A stretch of 64,000 nt of DNA from the human T2T-CHM13v2.0 reference genome, Homo sapiens: the NCBI RefSeq assembly GCF_009914755.1, contig NC_060931.1. One strand, 5' to 3'. Position 1 is the first letter of the stretch. Every line of letters begins with the position of its first letter. Of the stretch, positions 38,959-50,107 are shown piece by piece. The notes below the pieces were generated by a model. The model worked only from the letters and a program-made list of their open reading frames with translations. It searched no databases and was not told where the DNA came from. The translations under genes were made by a program, and so were the position numbers.

Positions 38959-39270
38959 GGAGAGACTGAGCACAGTACCATAGCACAGGTACAAAAAAAT
39001 TCAGTGCAATAGTACAGCATGGTGCACAGGAAGACTAAGCACAGTACCACAGCAGGGTGTGGAGGAAGACTGAGCACAGTGCCACTGCACAGTGCACAGG
39101 AAGACTGAGCACAGTATCCTAGCACAGGTGCAGGAAGACTAAGCACAGTACCACAACATGTTGCTGTAGAAAAACCAAGCCTAGCACATAGCATGGTGCT
39201 GCAGGAAAACAGAGCACAGTGCTGTAACGCAGTATTCAGGAAGACTGAGCATAGTACCACAACACAGTGG
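38959..39270. repeat. Diverged ~35-bp minisatellite, 9 units
   Basis: Consensus approximately ggaagactgagcacagtaccacagcacagtgcaca. Confidence 0.9.
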
Positions 39271-40000
39271 TCAGATAGGGTCTGTCATCAATGAAGGTTT
39301 GACTGTAGTAACCTGTCCACTTCATGCCACACACCAGGGACCTAGAATTACATCATCACCTAGGAATTTGCCCTTTATTTTAAGTCACATTGTTTAACAC
39401 ACCTGCCATCTGCCAGTTCCATTGGTGAGTCCAAGATGAACAAAACTGGCCAGTGCCATGACATAGCTTCACATCCAGTGTAAGAGGCCTCCTGTCTTCC
39501 TGTGGCATCCTTATAAGCCAAGTATTCCTGGAACTATGGAAGGAGTGGTAGCTTAGGCACAAGGAGATGGACAGGGGCTCTGCAGGAGGTCCTGAAAGAG
39601 GAGAGGAGCATTAGCTCACAGGTGCATGCATGAACTCACAAGATGTCCACACACAGCAGCCTCATCAGTTTTTAGTAGGCCAGACCATGTCTAATTTCAT
39701 ATTACCTAAAGGATCAACTGTTTGTGATTAGGAGATGTAATGCCATCTTCTGGAAAAAAGCCAGTGTCAGACAACTTGTGTTCATGTATTGGTCTCCAAT
39801 ATCTCACCTGTGTGACTTTCCCCAAATTACTTCACCCTGCATAACTCTCAGTTACATCATGGGTACAGTGAGCTCCGTGTATTTACTCAGCAAGCATGTA
39901 CTGCCATTACATTTGGTCAGGCACTGTGCTGGCCATAGTGGACACCGCACCTCAGGATGACTCCCTGTGGAGAAGGCTGTGTGAAGTGATTGTGGCACCA

Positions 40001-40463
40001 GGCTCCATTAGCTCCCTGGGGCTGCCACAGCAAATCCCACAACCTGAGAACCTGAGTGGCTTTAAGGAATGTCAGTTTACTCGTCCGCAATTCTGCAGGC
40101 CAGAAGTCTAAAGTAGATCAAGGTCCCACAGAGTCAGTTTCTTCTGGAGGTTCCGACGGCTGCTCCCTTACATGCCTCTCTCCTGGCTCCTAGTGGCTGC
40201 CCGCCACCCTGGGCTTCCTGGGTTTTAGAGGCTTCACTGCAGGCTCTGCCTCCGTCTTGATGTGGTCTTCTTCTCTGTGCCCGTGTCTTCTCCTTTTCTT
40301 ATAATGACACTTGTCATTGGATTTAGGGCCACTTGGGTAATCCAGGATGATCTCATCTCCAGACCCTTCTTAATTACATTTGCAAAAACCCTTTTCCAAA
40401 TAAGGCCTCATTCATGGGTTCTCAGTGGACAGACATTCTGGGAGCCACCATTCAACTCACTCT
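40001..40463 (-). mobile_element. MLT1C/B-like MaLR solo LTR
   Basis: 'ggggctgccacagcaaat...aggccagaagtcta...gtcattggatttagggcc...taatccaggatgatctcatc...ccaaataagg'. Confidence 0.85.
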
Positions 40464-40654
40464 GGTGCTAAACACCAGAGCCTGGCTCATAGCAGACGGG
40501 CACTTAAGGATGTCTGCCCACAGGAAAGGGGACACTTGCTTAGCGCAATGTTATATTGAAAGTGCTCCAGCAGATCTGACAGTGCCACATCACAGTGTGT
40601 GAGTGAACAGAGTCCAGGCTCTGGGACCAACTCTGAAATAAAAAGTCTGCTACA

Positions 40655-40941
40655 GGCCAGGCGTGGTGGCTCATGCCTATAATCCCAGCACTTCGGGAGG
40701 CCGAGGCGGGTGGATCATGAGGTCAGGAGATCGAGACCACCCTGGCCAACATGGTGAAACCCTGTCTCTACTAAAAATACAAAACTTAGCTGGGCGTGCT
40801 GGCACACGCCTATAATCCCAGCTACTTGGGAGGCTGAGTAAGGAGAATCGCTTGAACCCAGGAGGCAGAGTTTGCAGAGCCGAGCTTGCGCCATTGCACT
40901 CCAGCCTGGGAGACAGAGCAAGACTCTGTCTAAAAAAAAAA
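40655..40941 (+). mobile_element. AluSc-like
   Basis: 'ggatcatgaggtcaggagatcgagacca-cctggccaacatgg'; 14-bp TSD aaaagtcTGctaca / aaaagtcCActaca. Confidence 0.95.
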
Positions 40942-42669
40942 AAAAGTCCACTACAAAATGGCCAGACCCCACAGAGCATTCACACCCACAACACTGGATC
41001 TCTAAAGTTCAGTGGGCTCTTTCCCACTCCCGTTCTAAGGACTGCTAGGCAGTGAAGATGGCATCCTCATCCCCTGTAGATCACTGCTGTCAGCCTAGGG
41101 TCCGGATTTAATCCGGATTAAACCAATAACTGTATTGAGCAGTCAGGATGCTGGGAGCCCGACAGAGGCCAGCAGGCACCAGTACCACCTGTGTCTGCTT
41201 TCTGGAGAGTCGGTCATCAGGCCAGAGCTGGTCTCTCTGCCCTGTGGCCACTGCCTTATCTCAGACCCTTACTAACATGGCCTGCATCAAAAGTCCAGCC
41301 TCAAAAGCTCTTCCTTTTCCAGGTGAGTGACCCTGGAGCATCAGGGGGTCATGGTGGCTCTGTGGCTGTGCTCTTCAAGGACCAAGGACATGCATGCAGA
41401 TGACATTGCAGGCTCTGGTTCAAAGAAGAGGCCTGGCAGGCATGAGCTGGTGGTTGTCCTGGCCTGTTCACTCATCTCCTTAACAAGGTGACCGGTGCTG
41501 TTTTGCACTTGCTAGAAATCTGATTTGTGCATGGCCTAGCCCTTTAGGGAGATAATTTCTTTCCATCTTTAAACTAACCTTTATACTTCTTAAAATTGGG
41601 GGGGCAGAAGGGCCGAAGATCATACCTGGGGATAATGCTATTTAGTGGTTTTTCCTGTTTCTGTGGCTTTTTGAGAAGTGATGTTTGTGAGGAGTGAGGG
41701 GTGGGTGCAAGGTGATGTCTCACCTCCCCTCTTCAGAAAGAGCCCTACCACCTTGGTGTGACGGATGGGGGACGGGCCTTGCTCCTACAGATCAAAATCT
41801 GCGGGATTTAAGTGATCGTCTTAATCAACTTCTTCCAAACCCTGGTTCCTCCCTCTGCTCTCAAACTCCCAGATGTGAGGAACATTTGGCCATGACTTGG
41901 ACTCCGTCTCCATCTAGTGACTGGCTCCTTGAACTACAGTTGCAGATGGAAACTGGCTTCTGTAAAGCCAGGGCACTCTGTGGACTTGGGTAACTACAAG
42001 AATGAGTGTGGAGAAGTTAGGCCTCCAAACAAATCCAGTCCTTTATCACCACAGTTCTACTCCAGTCCAGAGCCCTTTCCTCTTCCTCACCCCACACATT
42101 AAAAACAACAGCTGCACCAAGGACAGAAGCGGAGGCCACAGGAAGGCAGCATGCCCAGCTCTTGCTGCAGGCTGAAGGCAGGCTCCCAGGCTATGGGGCA
42201 GGGCTGCGGGCTCTGAACAGGAGCAGTCACTGGGGTGGACTTGGTTTTGTTCTGGATCCCAGTTTGAAGGTGAGGCCTCTCGTGGTCAGGCTCTTGCTGC
42301 CGTGTGGAGTGGGCATGTTCTGCATGGCAGACCCTATCAGGTATGACTGTAGTCTCCCTTAGGAACCTGTGGCCGGCCCCCAGCACTTGCCCATGGGGGC
42401 ACACCCCTGTCCCTCCCCAGGCCCAGGAAGTCATGCCTGAAGTCTGGACTGGTCTTTGGCCTCAGGAGATGCTGGCAGCCAGCCTATCTGTTCTGTGCCA
42501 GGAGCTCTGCTGGGCATCGGGGCATATTAGGGACCCAAACCCCATCTCTGCCCTCCAGTGTCTTACAGTTCAAAAGACAGAGTGGAATAAGATAGGTCCT
42601 AAGTTTTTGGTTTTTTTTTTCTTTATCACGGTAGACTATAAACCCTATAATGAGATTAAATGAAAGAAT

Positions 42670-42725
42670 TTACATAAAGTATGTTTACGAACATACTTTA
42701 CGTAACATAAAGTATGTTTATGAAC
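42670..42725. repeat. Direct-inverted-direct micro-triplication
   Basis: ttacataaagtatgtt, spacer tacg, aacatactttacgtaa, then acataaagtatgtttatgaac again. Confidence 0.9.
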
Positions 42726-42785
42726 GTTTGTTTTTCTTCTTGTCATTTATTATTGCATCCTTTTTCTTTAGGAGCATTAAAAACA

Positions 42786-43860
42786 TTTAATTTTTTATTT
42801 TTTTATTATACTTTAAGTTCTAGGGTACATGTGCACAACGTGCAGGTTTGTTACATATGTATACGTGTGCCATGTTGGTGTGCTGCACCCATTAACTGGT
42901 CATTTACATTAGGTATATCTCCTAATGCTATCCCTCCCCCCTCCCCCCACCCCACAACAGGCCCCGGTGTGTGATGTTCCCCTTCCTGTGTCCAAATGTT
43001 TTCATTGTTCAATTCCCACCTATGAGTGAGAACATGCGGTGTTTGGTTTTCTGTCCCTGCGATAGTTTGCTGAGAATGATGGTTTCCAGCTTCATCCATG
43101 TCCCTGCAAAGGACATGAACTCATCCTTTTTTATGGCTGCATAGTATTCCATGGTGTATATGTGCCACATTTTCTTAATCCAGTCTATCATTGATGGACA
43201 TTTGGGTTGGTTCCAAGTCTTTGCTATTGTGAATAGTGCCGCAATAAGCATACATGTGCACGTGTCTTTATAGCAGCATGATTTATAATCCTTTGGATAT
43301 ATACCCAGTAATGGGATGGCTGGGTCAAATGGTATTTCTAGTTTGAGATCCTTGAGGAATTGCCACACTCTTCCACAATGGTTGAACTAGTTTACAGTCC
43401 CACCAACAATGTAAACGTGTTCCTATTTCCCCACATCCTCTCCAGCACCTGTTGTTTCCTGACTTTTTAATGATCGCTATTCTAACTGGTGTGAGATGGT
43501 ATCTCATTGTGGTTTTGATTTGCATTTCTCTGATGGCCAGTGATGATGAGCATTTTTTCATGTGTCTGTTGGCTGCATAAATGTCTTCTTTTGAGAAGTG
43601 TCTGTTCATATCCTTTGCCCACTTTTTGATGGGGTTGTTAGTTTTTGTCTTGTAAATTTGTTTGAGTTCTTTGCAGATTCTGGATATTAGCCCTTTGTCA
43701 GATAAGTAGATTGCAAAATTTTTCTCCCATTCTGTAGGTTGCCTGTTCACTCTGATGGTAGTTTCTTTTGCTGTGCAGAAGCTCTTTAGTTTAATTAGAT
43801 CCCATTTGTCAATTTTAGCTTTTGTTGCTGTTGCTTTTGGTGTTTTAGACATGAAGTCCT
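42786..43860 (-). mobile_element. L1PA5/6-like, 5'-truncated (~1.07 kb)
   Basis: ORFs 43325-43915 and 43009-43368 translate as L1 ORF2 C-terminus ([19 protein letters not shown]...; [18 protein letters not shown]); canonical 3' UTR. Confidence 0.98.
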
Positions 43861-43874
43861 CAACATGAGCCACA

Positions 43875-44030
43875 CATTTTACTAAATGCTCTAGATAAAT
43901 TGGTGCACTTGTCACAACACCTGGAAGGGATGGCTGTTATCAACCATATTTTTAGATTAGAACTATGAAGCTCAAAAAGGTTAAGTAACTTGCCCAATGC
44001 CATGCACCCTGGTCCAGGGTAGAGGGGCTG
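43875..44030 (-). mobile_element. MIR fragment
   Basis: 'gaagctcaaaaaggttaagtaacttgcccaatgccatgca'. Confidence 0.65.
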
Positions 44031-45210
44031 ACAAATATGGCTTTTGTCATAAGAGTAGTGCCAAGCTTCCTGAAAATGCAAACTGAAGCATTAGCCTGCC
44101 TCTTTGAGAGGGATGAGGAGTTCTCGGCTTCTATATTTGAAAATCGAAAAATAAATATTTTCCTTGGTACAGCTGTGAAGATAGAAATAAATGAGATTGT
44201 GTATGTGAAAGGCCTGCTCACATTAGTCTTAATAGTTAATGCAATTATCATATTTCTTAGTTCCCAAAAGGCAAATCTTTCTTTTTCTCATGTCTCTGAA
44301 AATGGGATATGTTTTACAATAAATGGTTGAGGAAAACACTGGGTCATAGTTTATGGACGGTGTAGTCTCTTTCTTAGTGAAGTTTCATGATCTTCCTTAT
44401 GATCACTGACAGCTTTGATTCAGTTCAGTACCAGGTTGCCTGGCATTAGGTGGTATATTTACATGACAGGGACCTTGTCAGCATCTCTGGGTGGGAGTTT
44501 AACATCCAGAGAGCAGGCTTTCAGGACTCTCAGCAGGGAGGAGGAAGGTTTGGGTATTTCCCAGGTGAAAGAGGACAGATGTTGTGGAGAGAGGTAAGGA
44601 AGGCTCAGCGAGGACAGGTTCCAGGGACAGAGAGGAGGAAGAGACCTGCCAAGCATTAGGTAGGTAGCGTCCCTTTAAGTCAGGACAGGTTTCTTGATCT
44701 GTGCTGCAGGAGAATGTGGCAGTTCTCCAAAATAATTTCTGGGGGCCTTGTGGTGGCAGATGGTGAATAGTGTGAATCAGGCAAAAACGAGTCCCCTGAG
44801 GGGCCAGTTCAGTGCTTGGCCTCCAGGGTCCCTGCCTCCCCAGAAGCCAGCCCAGCCCTCCCAGCTGCCCTCACCAGCCAGGGGCCGGTGGCTGACGGTG
44901 CACGTTAATTCCCAGAGCACCTGGCTCCCCTGCTGATTCCCAGGGATTTGGTGAGAGGGACAGAGTGAAGTGGGGAAGAGAAGGAAGAAAACTGATGTTT
45001 CTTTCAGATCCACTGAGAGACACTAAGCCCCACAGTTTGCTGCTGTGAGAAAGGGTTTCCTTCAGTTATTTCTGCAACCTGATTGAGAAATGCTTAACCC
45101 TGCTTAGTTCAGGTATATAAGGCTGCCTTTCAGGGCTGATGTTCCCTTCTGTCGCCGGAAACACCACCCTACTGGGAGGCAATGCATAAGACCATACACG
45201 TAAAGACAGG

Positions 45211-45609
45211 TGATAAGGTTAGGATGTGTGTCCAAACTGGGAATCTCATGTTGAAATGTGATCCCTAATGTTGGAGATGGGGCCTAGTGGGAGGTGTTTG
45301 AGTCATGAGGGTGGATTCTGCATGAATGGCTTGGTGCTCTCCCCTTGGTAATGAGTGGGTTCTCAATCTATTATCTCAAGTGAAATCTGGTTGTTTAGAG
45401 AGTCTGGCACCTCCCTTTTCTCTCTTGCTCCCTCTTTCAACGTGATATACTGGCTCCCTCTTCTCCTTCTGCCATGATTATGAGTTCCTGAGGTTCACCA
45501 GAAAAAGATGTTGGCCCCATGCTTCTTGTACAGGCTGCAGATCATGAGCCAAATATACTTCTTTTCTTTAAAAATTACCCTTTATAACAACACAAAATGG
45601 ACGAATACA
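45211..45609 (+). mobile_element. MSTB-like MaLR solo LTR
   Basis: 'aatctcatgttgaaatgtgatccctaatgttggagatggggcctagtgggaggtgtttg'; 5-bp TSD acagg/gcagg. Confidence 0.9.
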
Positions 45610-45631
45610 GCAGGATTTCCTTTTCCCCCAC

Positions 45632-46085
45632 CAGCTTTATTGAAGTATAATTGGTATATAAAAAACTTCACACAATTAGTGTTTACAATTTGGTGAGTTT
45701 GGACATAAGTATACCCTCATGTTACCATCACCACAGTCCAGGTAATTAATATATCCATCACCTCCAAAAGTTCTCTGATGTCCTTTTGGTTTTGTTTTGT
45801 TCTGTTTGTTTTGTGCTGTTATGGTAAGAACACGTAACATGATTGGGAGGCCGAGGTGGGCGGATCACGAGGTCAGGAGATCGAGACCATCCTGGCTAAC
45901 ACGGTGAAACCCCATCTCTACTAAAAATACAAAAAATTAGCTGGGCGTGGTGGCGGGCGCCTGTAGTCCCAGCTACTCGGGAGGCTGAGGCAGGAGAATG
46001 GTGTGAACCTGGGGAGGTGGAGCTTTCAGTGAGCTGAGATCGGGCCACTGCACTCCAACCTGGGTGACAGAGCCAGATACTGTCT

Positions 46086-46121
<36 letters not shown>

Positions 46122-46908
46122 CGTAACATGATATCTACCTTCTTAACAAATTTTTAGGTGCACAATATCATATTGTTAACTATGGGCATGATATCGTGCA
46201 GCAGATCTCTAGAACTTATCTTGCATAACTGAAACTTTATACCCATTCAACAACTTTCTACTTACCCCTACCCCCAACCCCTGGCAACCACCATTCTGGT
46301 TCAGCTCTGGTTCTACGAGTTTAGCTCCTCTAGCGACTTTATATAAATGGAATCATGCAGTATTTCTTCTTCTGTGACTGGCTTTTTCCACTAAGCATAA
46401 TGTCCTCAAGGTTCCTCTGTGTTGTCACAAATGGCAGGATTTCCTTCTTTTTTAAGCCTGAATATTCCAATGTAGGCATATAGCACATTTTCTTCATTCA
46501 TCCATCTGTCCAGGGGCACTTGAGTTGTTTCCATATCTTAGGTATTGTGAATAGTGCTGCAATTAACATGGGAGTGTAGATATCTTCAAAGAAGACATAC
46601 AGATGGCCGACAGGTAGAAGAAAAAGTGCTCAACATTGCTAATCATCAGGGAAATGCAAATTAAAACCTCCGTGAGACATTACCTCACAACTGTCAAAAT
46701 GGCTATTAACAAAAATCAAAAGAGAACAAGTATTGGTGAGGATATGGGGAAATTAGAACCCTTGTGACTCTTGGTGGGAATGCAAAATGGTGTAGTCCTT
46801 GTCAAAAACAGTATGGAGATTTCTCAACAAGTTAAAAACAGAGCCATCATACAATTCTACAGTCTCACTTCTGGGTATAAATCCATAAAAAGTGAATCAG
46901 AGCTTCAA
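45632..46908 (-). mobile_element. L1MA9/L1MB-type 3' end (45632-46587, minus) with an inverted 5' part (~46585-46908, plus); AluY inserted
   Basis: Antisense 3' UTR runs to 'gtgtagatatcttc', then sense ORF2 'aaagaagacatacagatggcc...aatcagagcttcaa' ends where the antisense part stops. Confidence 0.85.
45844..46119 (+). mobile_element. AluY, 5'-truncated (~39 nt), A33 tail
   Basis: Y diagnostics 'gagaccatcctggctaacacggtg' and 'ggagaatggtgtgaacc'; TSD acgtaacatgat (45832, 46121). Confidence 0.97.
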
Positions 46909-47111
46909 TTTCTTTACCTTCTTTGCCTATGATTTTCAATCCTGGGTCTGAAAGTGGTGGTGAGGGCATCTGAGCTAAGTTTGGTGTTTCCACAGGTCTA
47001 CTGATGCTGATACATCAGAGATGAGACCACACAGGCTTTCCCAGAACATCAGATTTCTTTTTCTTAGGCTTATAGAGTTCCCCTGTAACCTCGTGTCAAT
47101 GAAAGCTATAC

Positions 47112-47794
47112 ATGGTATTTCTAGTTCTAGATCCCTGAGGAATCACCACACTGACTTCCACAATGGTTGAACTAGTTTACAGTCCCACCAACAGTGTAAA
47201 AGTGTTCCTATTTCTCCACATCCTCTCCAGCACCTGTTGCTTCCTGGCTTTTTAATGATTGCCATTCTAACTGGTTTACTGGGTATATACCCAAAGGATT
47301 ATAAAACATGCTGCTATAATGACACATGCACACGTATGTTTATTGTGGCACTATTCACAATAGCAAAGACTTGGAACCAACCCAAATGTCCAACAATGAT
47401 AGACTGGATTAAGAAAATGTGGCACATATACACCATGGAATACTATGCAGCCATAAAAAAGGATGAGTTCATGTCCTTTGTAGGGACATGGATGAAGCTG
47501 AAAACGATCATTCTCAGCAAACTATCGCAAGGACAAAAAACCAAACACCGCATGTTCTCACTCATAGGTGGGAATTGAACAATGACAACACACGGACACA
47601 GGAAGGGGAACATCACACACTGGGGCCTGTTGTGGGGTGGGGGAGGGGGGAGGGATAGCATTAGGAGATATACCTAATGTTAAATGACGAGTTAATGGGT
47701 GCAGCACACCAACACGGCACATGTATATATATGTAACAAACCTGCGTTGTGCACATGTACCCTAAAACTTAAAGTATAATAATAATAAAAAAAA
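47112..47794 (+). mobile_element. L1PA4-like insertion with twin-priming 5' inversion (47112-47275 minus; 47276-47794 plus)
   Basis: 13-bp TSD gaaagctatacat (47101, 47795); orientation switches at ...aactggt|ttactggg. Confidence 0.97.
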
Positions 47795-47829
47795 GAAAGC
47801 TATACATAAGAAAGAGAACACAATGCAAG

Positions 47830-48862
47830 ATTATGCATTTACCTTCAGTTTTGTTACTTATGTAGATAGTATTAAAAATGTTACTTATTTTTTATGTTTA
47901 TAAAATTCATACAGATGGAATCCCATTGTGTAAATTATTTAAAAACTTACCTTGTTTCCTTAGTATTCTCTTCCAGAGATTCATCCACATTGACAAAGGT
48001 TGAAGGTATATTTATTTCATGGCCCCACAGAGTTTATCAGAATATGTCAGGATATATTCACCCATTGTGCTTGCTAGACATTACTGTTGCTATCTGATGG
48101 TTTTTAGCGACTGCAGGTGCTACTAGTGACACATTTTGTTCTACATTGTGGCCCATATGGGCACATACTTATTTAGGAAGCATACCTTAGAGGAGAATTT
48201 CACTGATGGGGCATGTGTGTCTTCAACGTTACTCAGCAATACCAAAATTATAATACCTTTAGGAGTTTTTAAAGTCTTCTTTAAGGGTTTTATATATTGC
48301 AGATATCTTGAGTTACCATTTGGGGGGTTCTTCTTTTCAGTTCTTTTGTGGTATCTTTTGAAGGAATTAAAGTCTTTAAGTTATCTTTTATGTTTTTTTA
48401 TTTTAAGTCTGGTTTTTAAAATCTTATCCTCCTTAGGTAACAAGGCTGTTCTCATATATATCCTCCTTAAAGTTTTAAATTCTTTAAATTTTGCTTATTG
48501 CATTTAAACTTTAATGGAGATGATACTGATTTTTGTGTGTGTTGTGAGGTGGGAAATCTGATTTTTTTTCTTGTTGTTCTTCACGTGGATAACCACTTGT
48601 CTCAGCCCCAACAATGGGACCCTCAGTACATCCTCTGTCATGTGGCTACTTTTACATATGTGTGCATTGACGTCTGGGCTTTCCATTCTGTTACACAGGT
48701 GTATTTGCCTATTGCATGCGAATACTGTGCTCTCTAAAGTGCTATAGATTTATACTATGTGTTGCCAATCGGTGGGCAAGTCAGTTTTCCTCAGAATGAT
48801 CTTGATTATTTTCTCCATCTATTTCTCCCTACAGATGTACTTGATGTGTCTTACAGTGCGCG

Positions 48863-48907
<45 letters not shown>

Positions 48908-49160
48908 TCTGCTGAGGTTTTAATCACAATTGCATTGATGTTTAGATCAACACAGGGAAAACTAAGAACTTTACCTAAAGGAGTTTTTCTATCTAGATAT
49001 AAATAAATAAACATTATTTATATATAAATGTGTTTACTTATGTATAAATATATACTTATATTTATATACATATATGTCCATTTAATTAGGTACTCTTTAA
49101 GGGCTTCTTTAAAGTTTCATAATTTTATCCATAGTTGTATGCCACTTTTGTTATTTTTTT
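47830..49160 (-). mobile_element. Degraded L1ME fragments
   Basis: Antisense L1M motifs 'gagattcatccacatt', 'gtctgggctttccattctgtt', 'aattgcattga'. Confidence 0.6.
48856..48903. repeat. (GC/GT)-(CA)n alternating purine-pyrimidine tract
   Basis: gtgcgcgtgcgcg followed by (CA)n. Confidence 0.95.
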
Positions 49161-49730
49161 AAGCTTTTTTAATTGTGGCAAAAAAATGACAAAAAATTGC
49201 CATTTTAATCTTTTTAAGTGTTCAATCCAGTGGCATTGTACATTCACAAGGTTGTGCAATCATCACCACTATTTCCAAAATTTTTCATCATTCCAAACTG
49301 AAACCCTCCGCCTGTTAAGTGGTATCTCCTCATTCCTGTCTACGTCAGGCTCATGGTAAATTTGAATCTAATTTATGTCTCTAAAAATTTACCTGTTCTA
49401 GCTATTTCACATGAGTAGACTCATTCAATATTTGTCCTTTTGTGTCTGGCTTATTTCACTTACCATAATGTTTTCAAGGTTCATCCAACTTGTAGCATGG
49501 ATTAGTGCTTCATTCCTTTCTGTGGCTGAGTAATACTCTATTGTATGTATATGCCGTGATTTGTTGCTCCATTCATCTCTTGATAGACACTTGGGTTGCT
49601 CCTATCTGTGTGGCCACTGTGAATAATGCTGCAGTGAACATTGGCATACAAGTATCTGTTTCAGCCCTTGCTTTCAATTCCTTTGGCTATTGTAATACCT
49701 AGGAGTGGAATTGCTAGGGCATATGGTAAC

Positions 49731-50107
49731 TGTTAAGGACTGAATTATTTCCCCCAAAATTTATATGTTGGAGCCCTAACTTTCAATGTTTCTATATTTG
49801 TAGATAGAGTCATTAAAGATGTAATTAAGTTAAATGAGATCATAAGGGTGAGGCCTTAATCTAATAGGGTTGGTCTCCCTATAAGAAGAAGAGACACCAA
49901 GGATGTGTGCACAGAGAAAAGGCCATGTGAGGCCACAGAAGGAAGGTGGCCATCTGCGAGCCAAGGGGAGAGGCCTCAGCAGAAACCAAACCTCCCAATA
50001 CCTTGACCTTGGACTTTCTGCCTTTAGAACCATGAGAAAATACATTTCTATTATTTAAGCAAACCAGTCTGTGGTATTTTAAATGGTAGCTCTAGGGAAC
50101 TAAGAAA
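49731..50107 (+). mobile_element. MLT1A/B-like MaLR solo LTR nested in L1MB
   Basis: Perfect 5-bp TSD gtaac (49726, 50108); MLT1 motifs. Confidence 0.9.

Noticed and set aside
38959-39270. CRISPR-like repeat-spacer array, and the 121-aa Cys-rich ORF 38895-39260
   Set aside because: The 'spacers' are homologous to one another, the context is primate DNA with no cas genes, and the ORF is a by-product of the tandem repeat.
43009-43915. The longest ORF (196 aa) and the overlapping 119-aa ORF as a protein-coding gene
   Set aside because: Both are L1 ORF2 C-terminal fragments of a 5'-truncated, frameshifted L1PA with no promoter.
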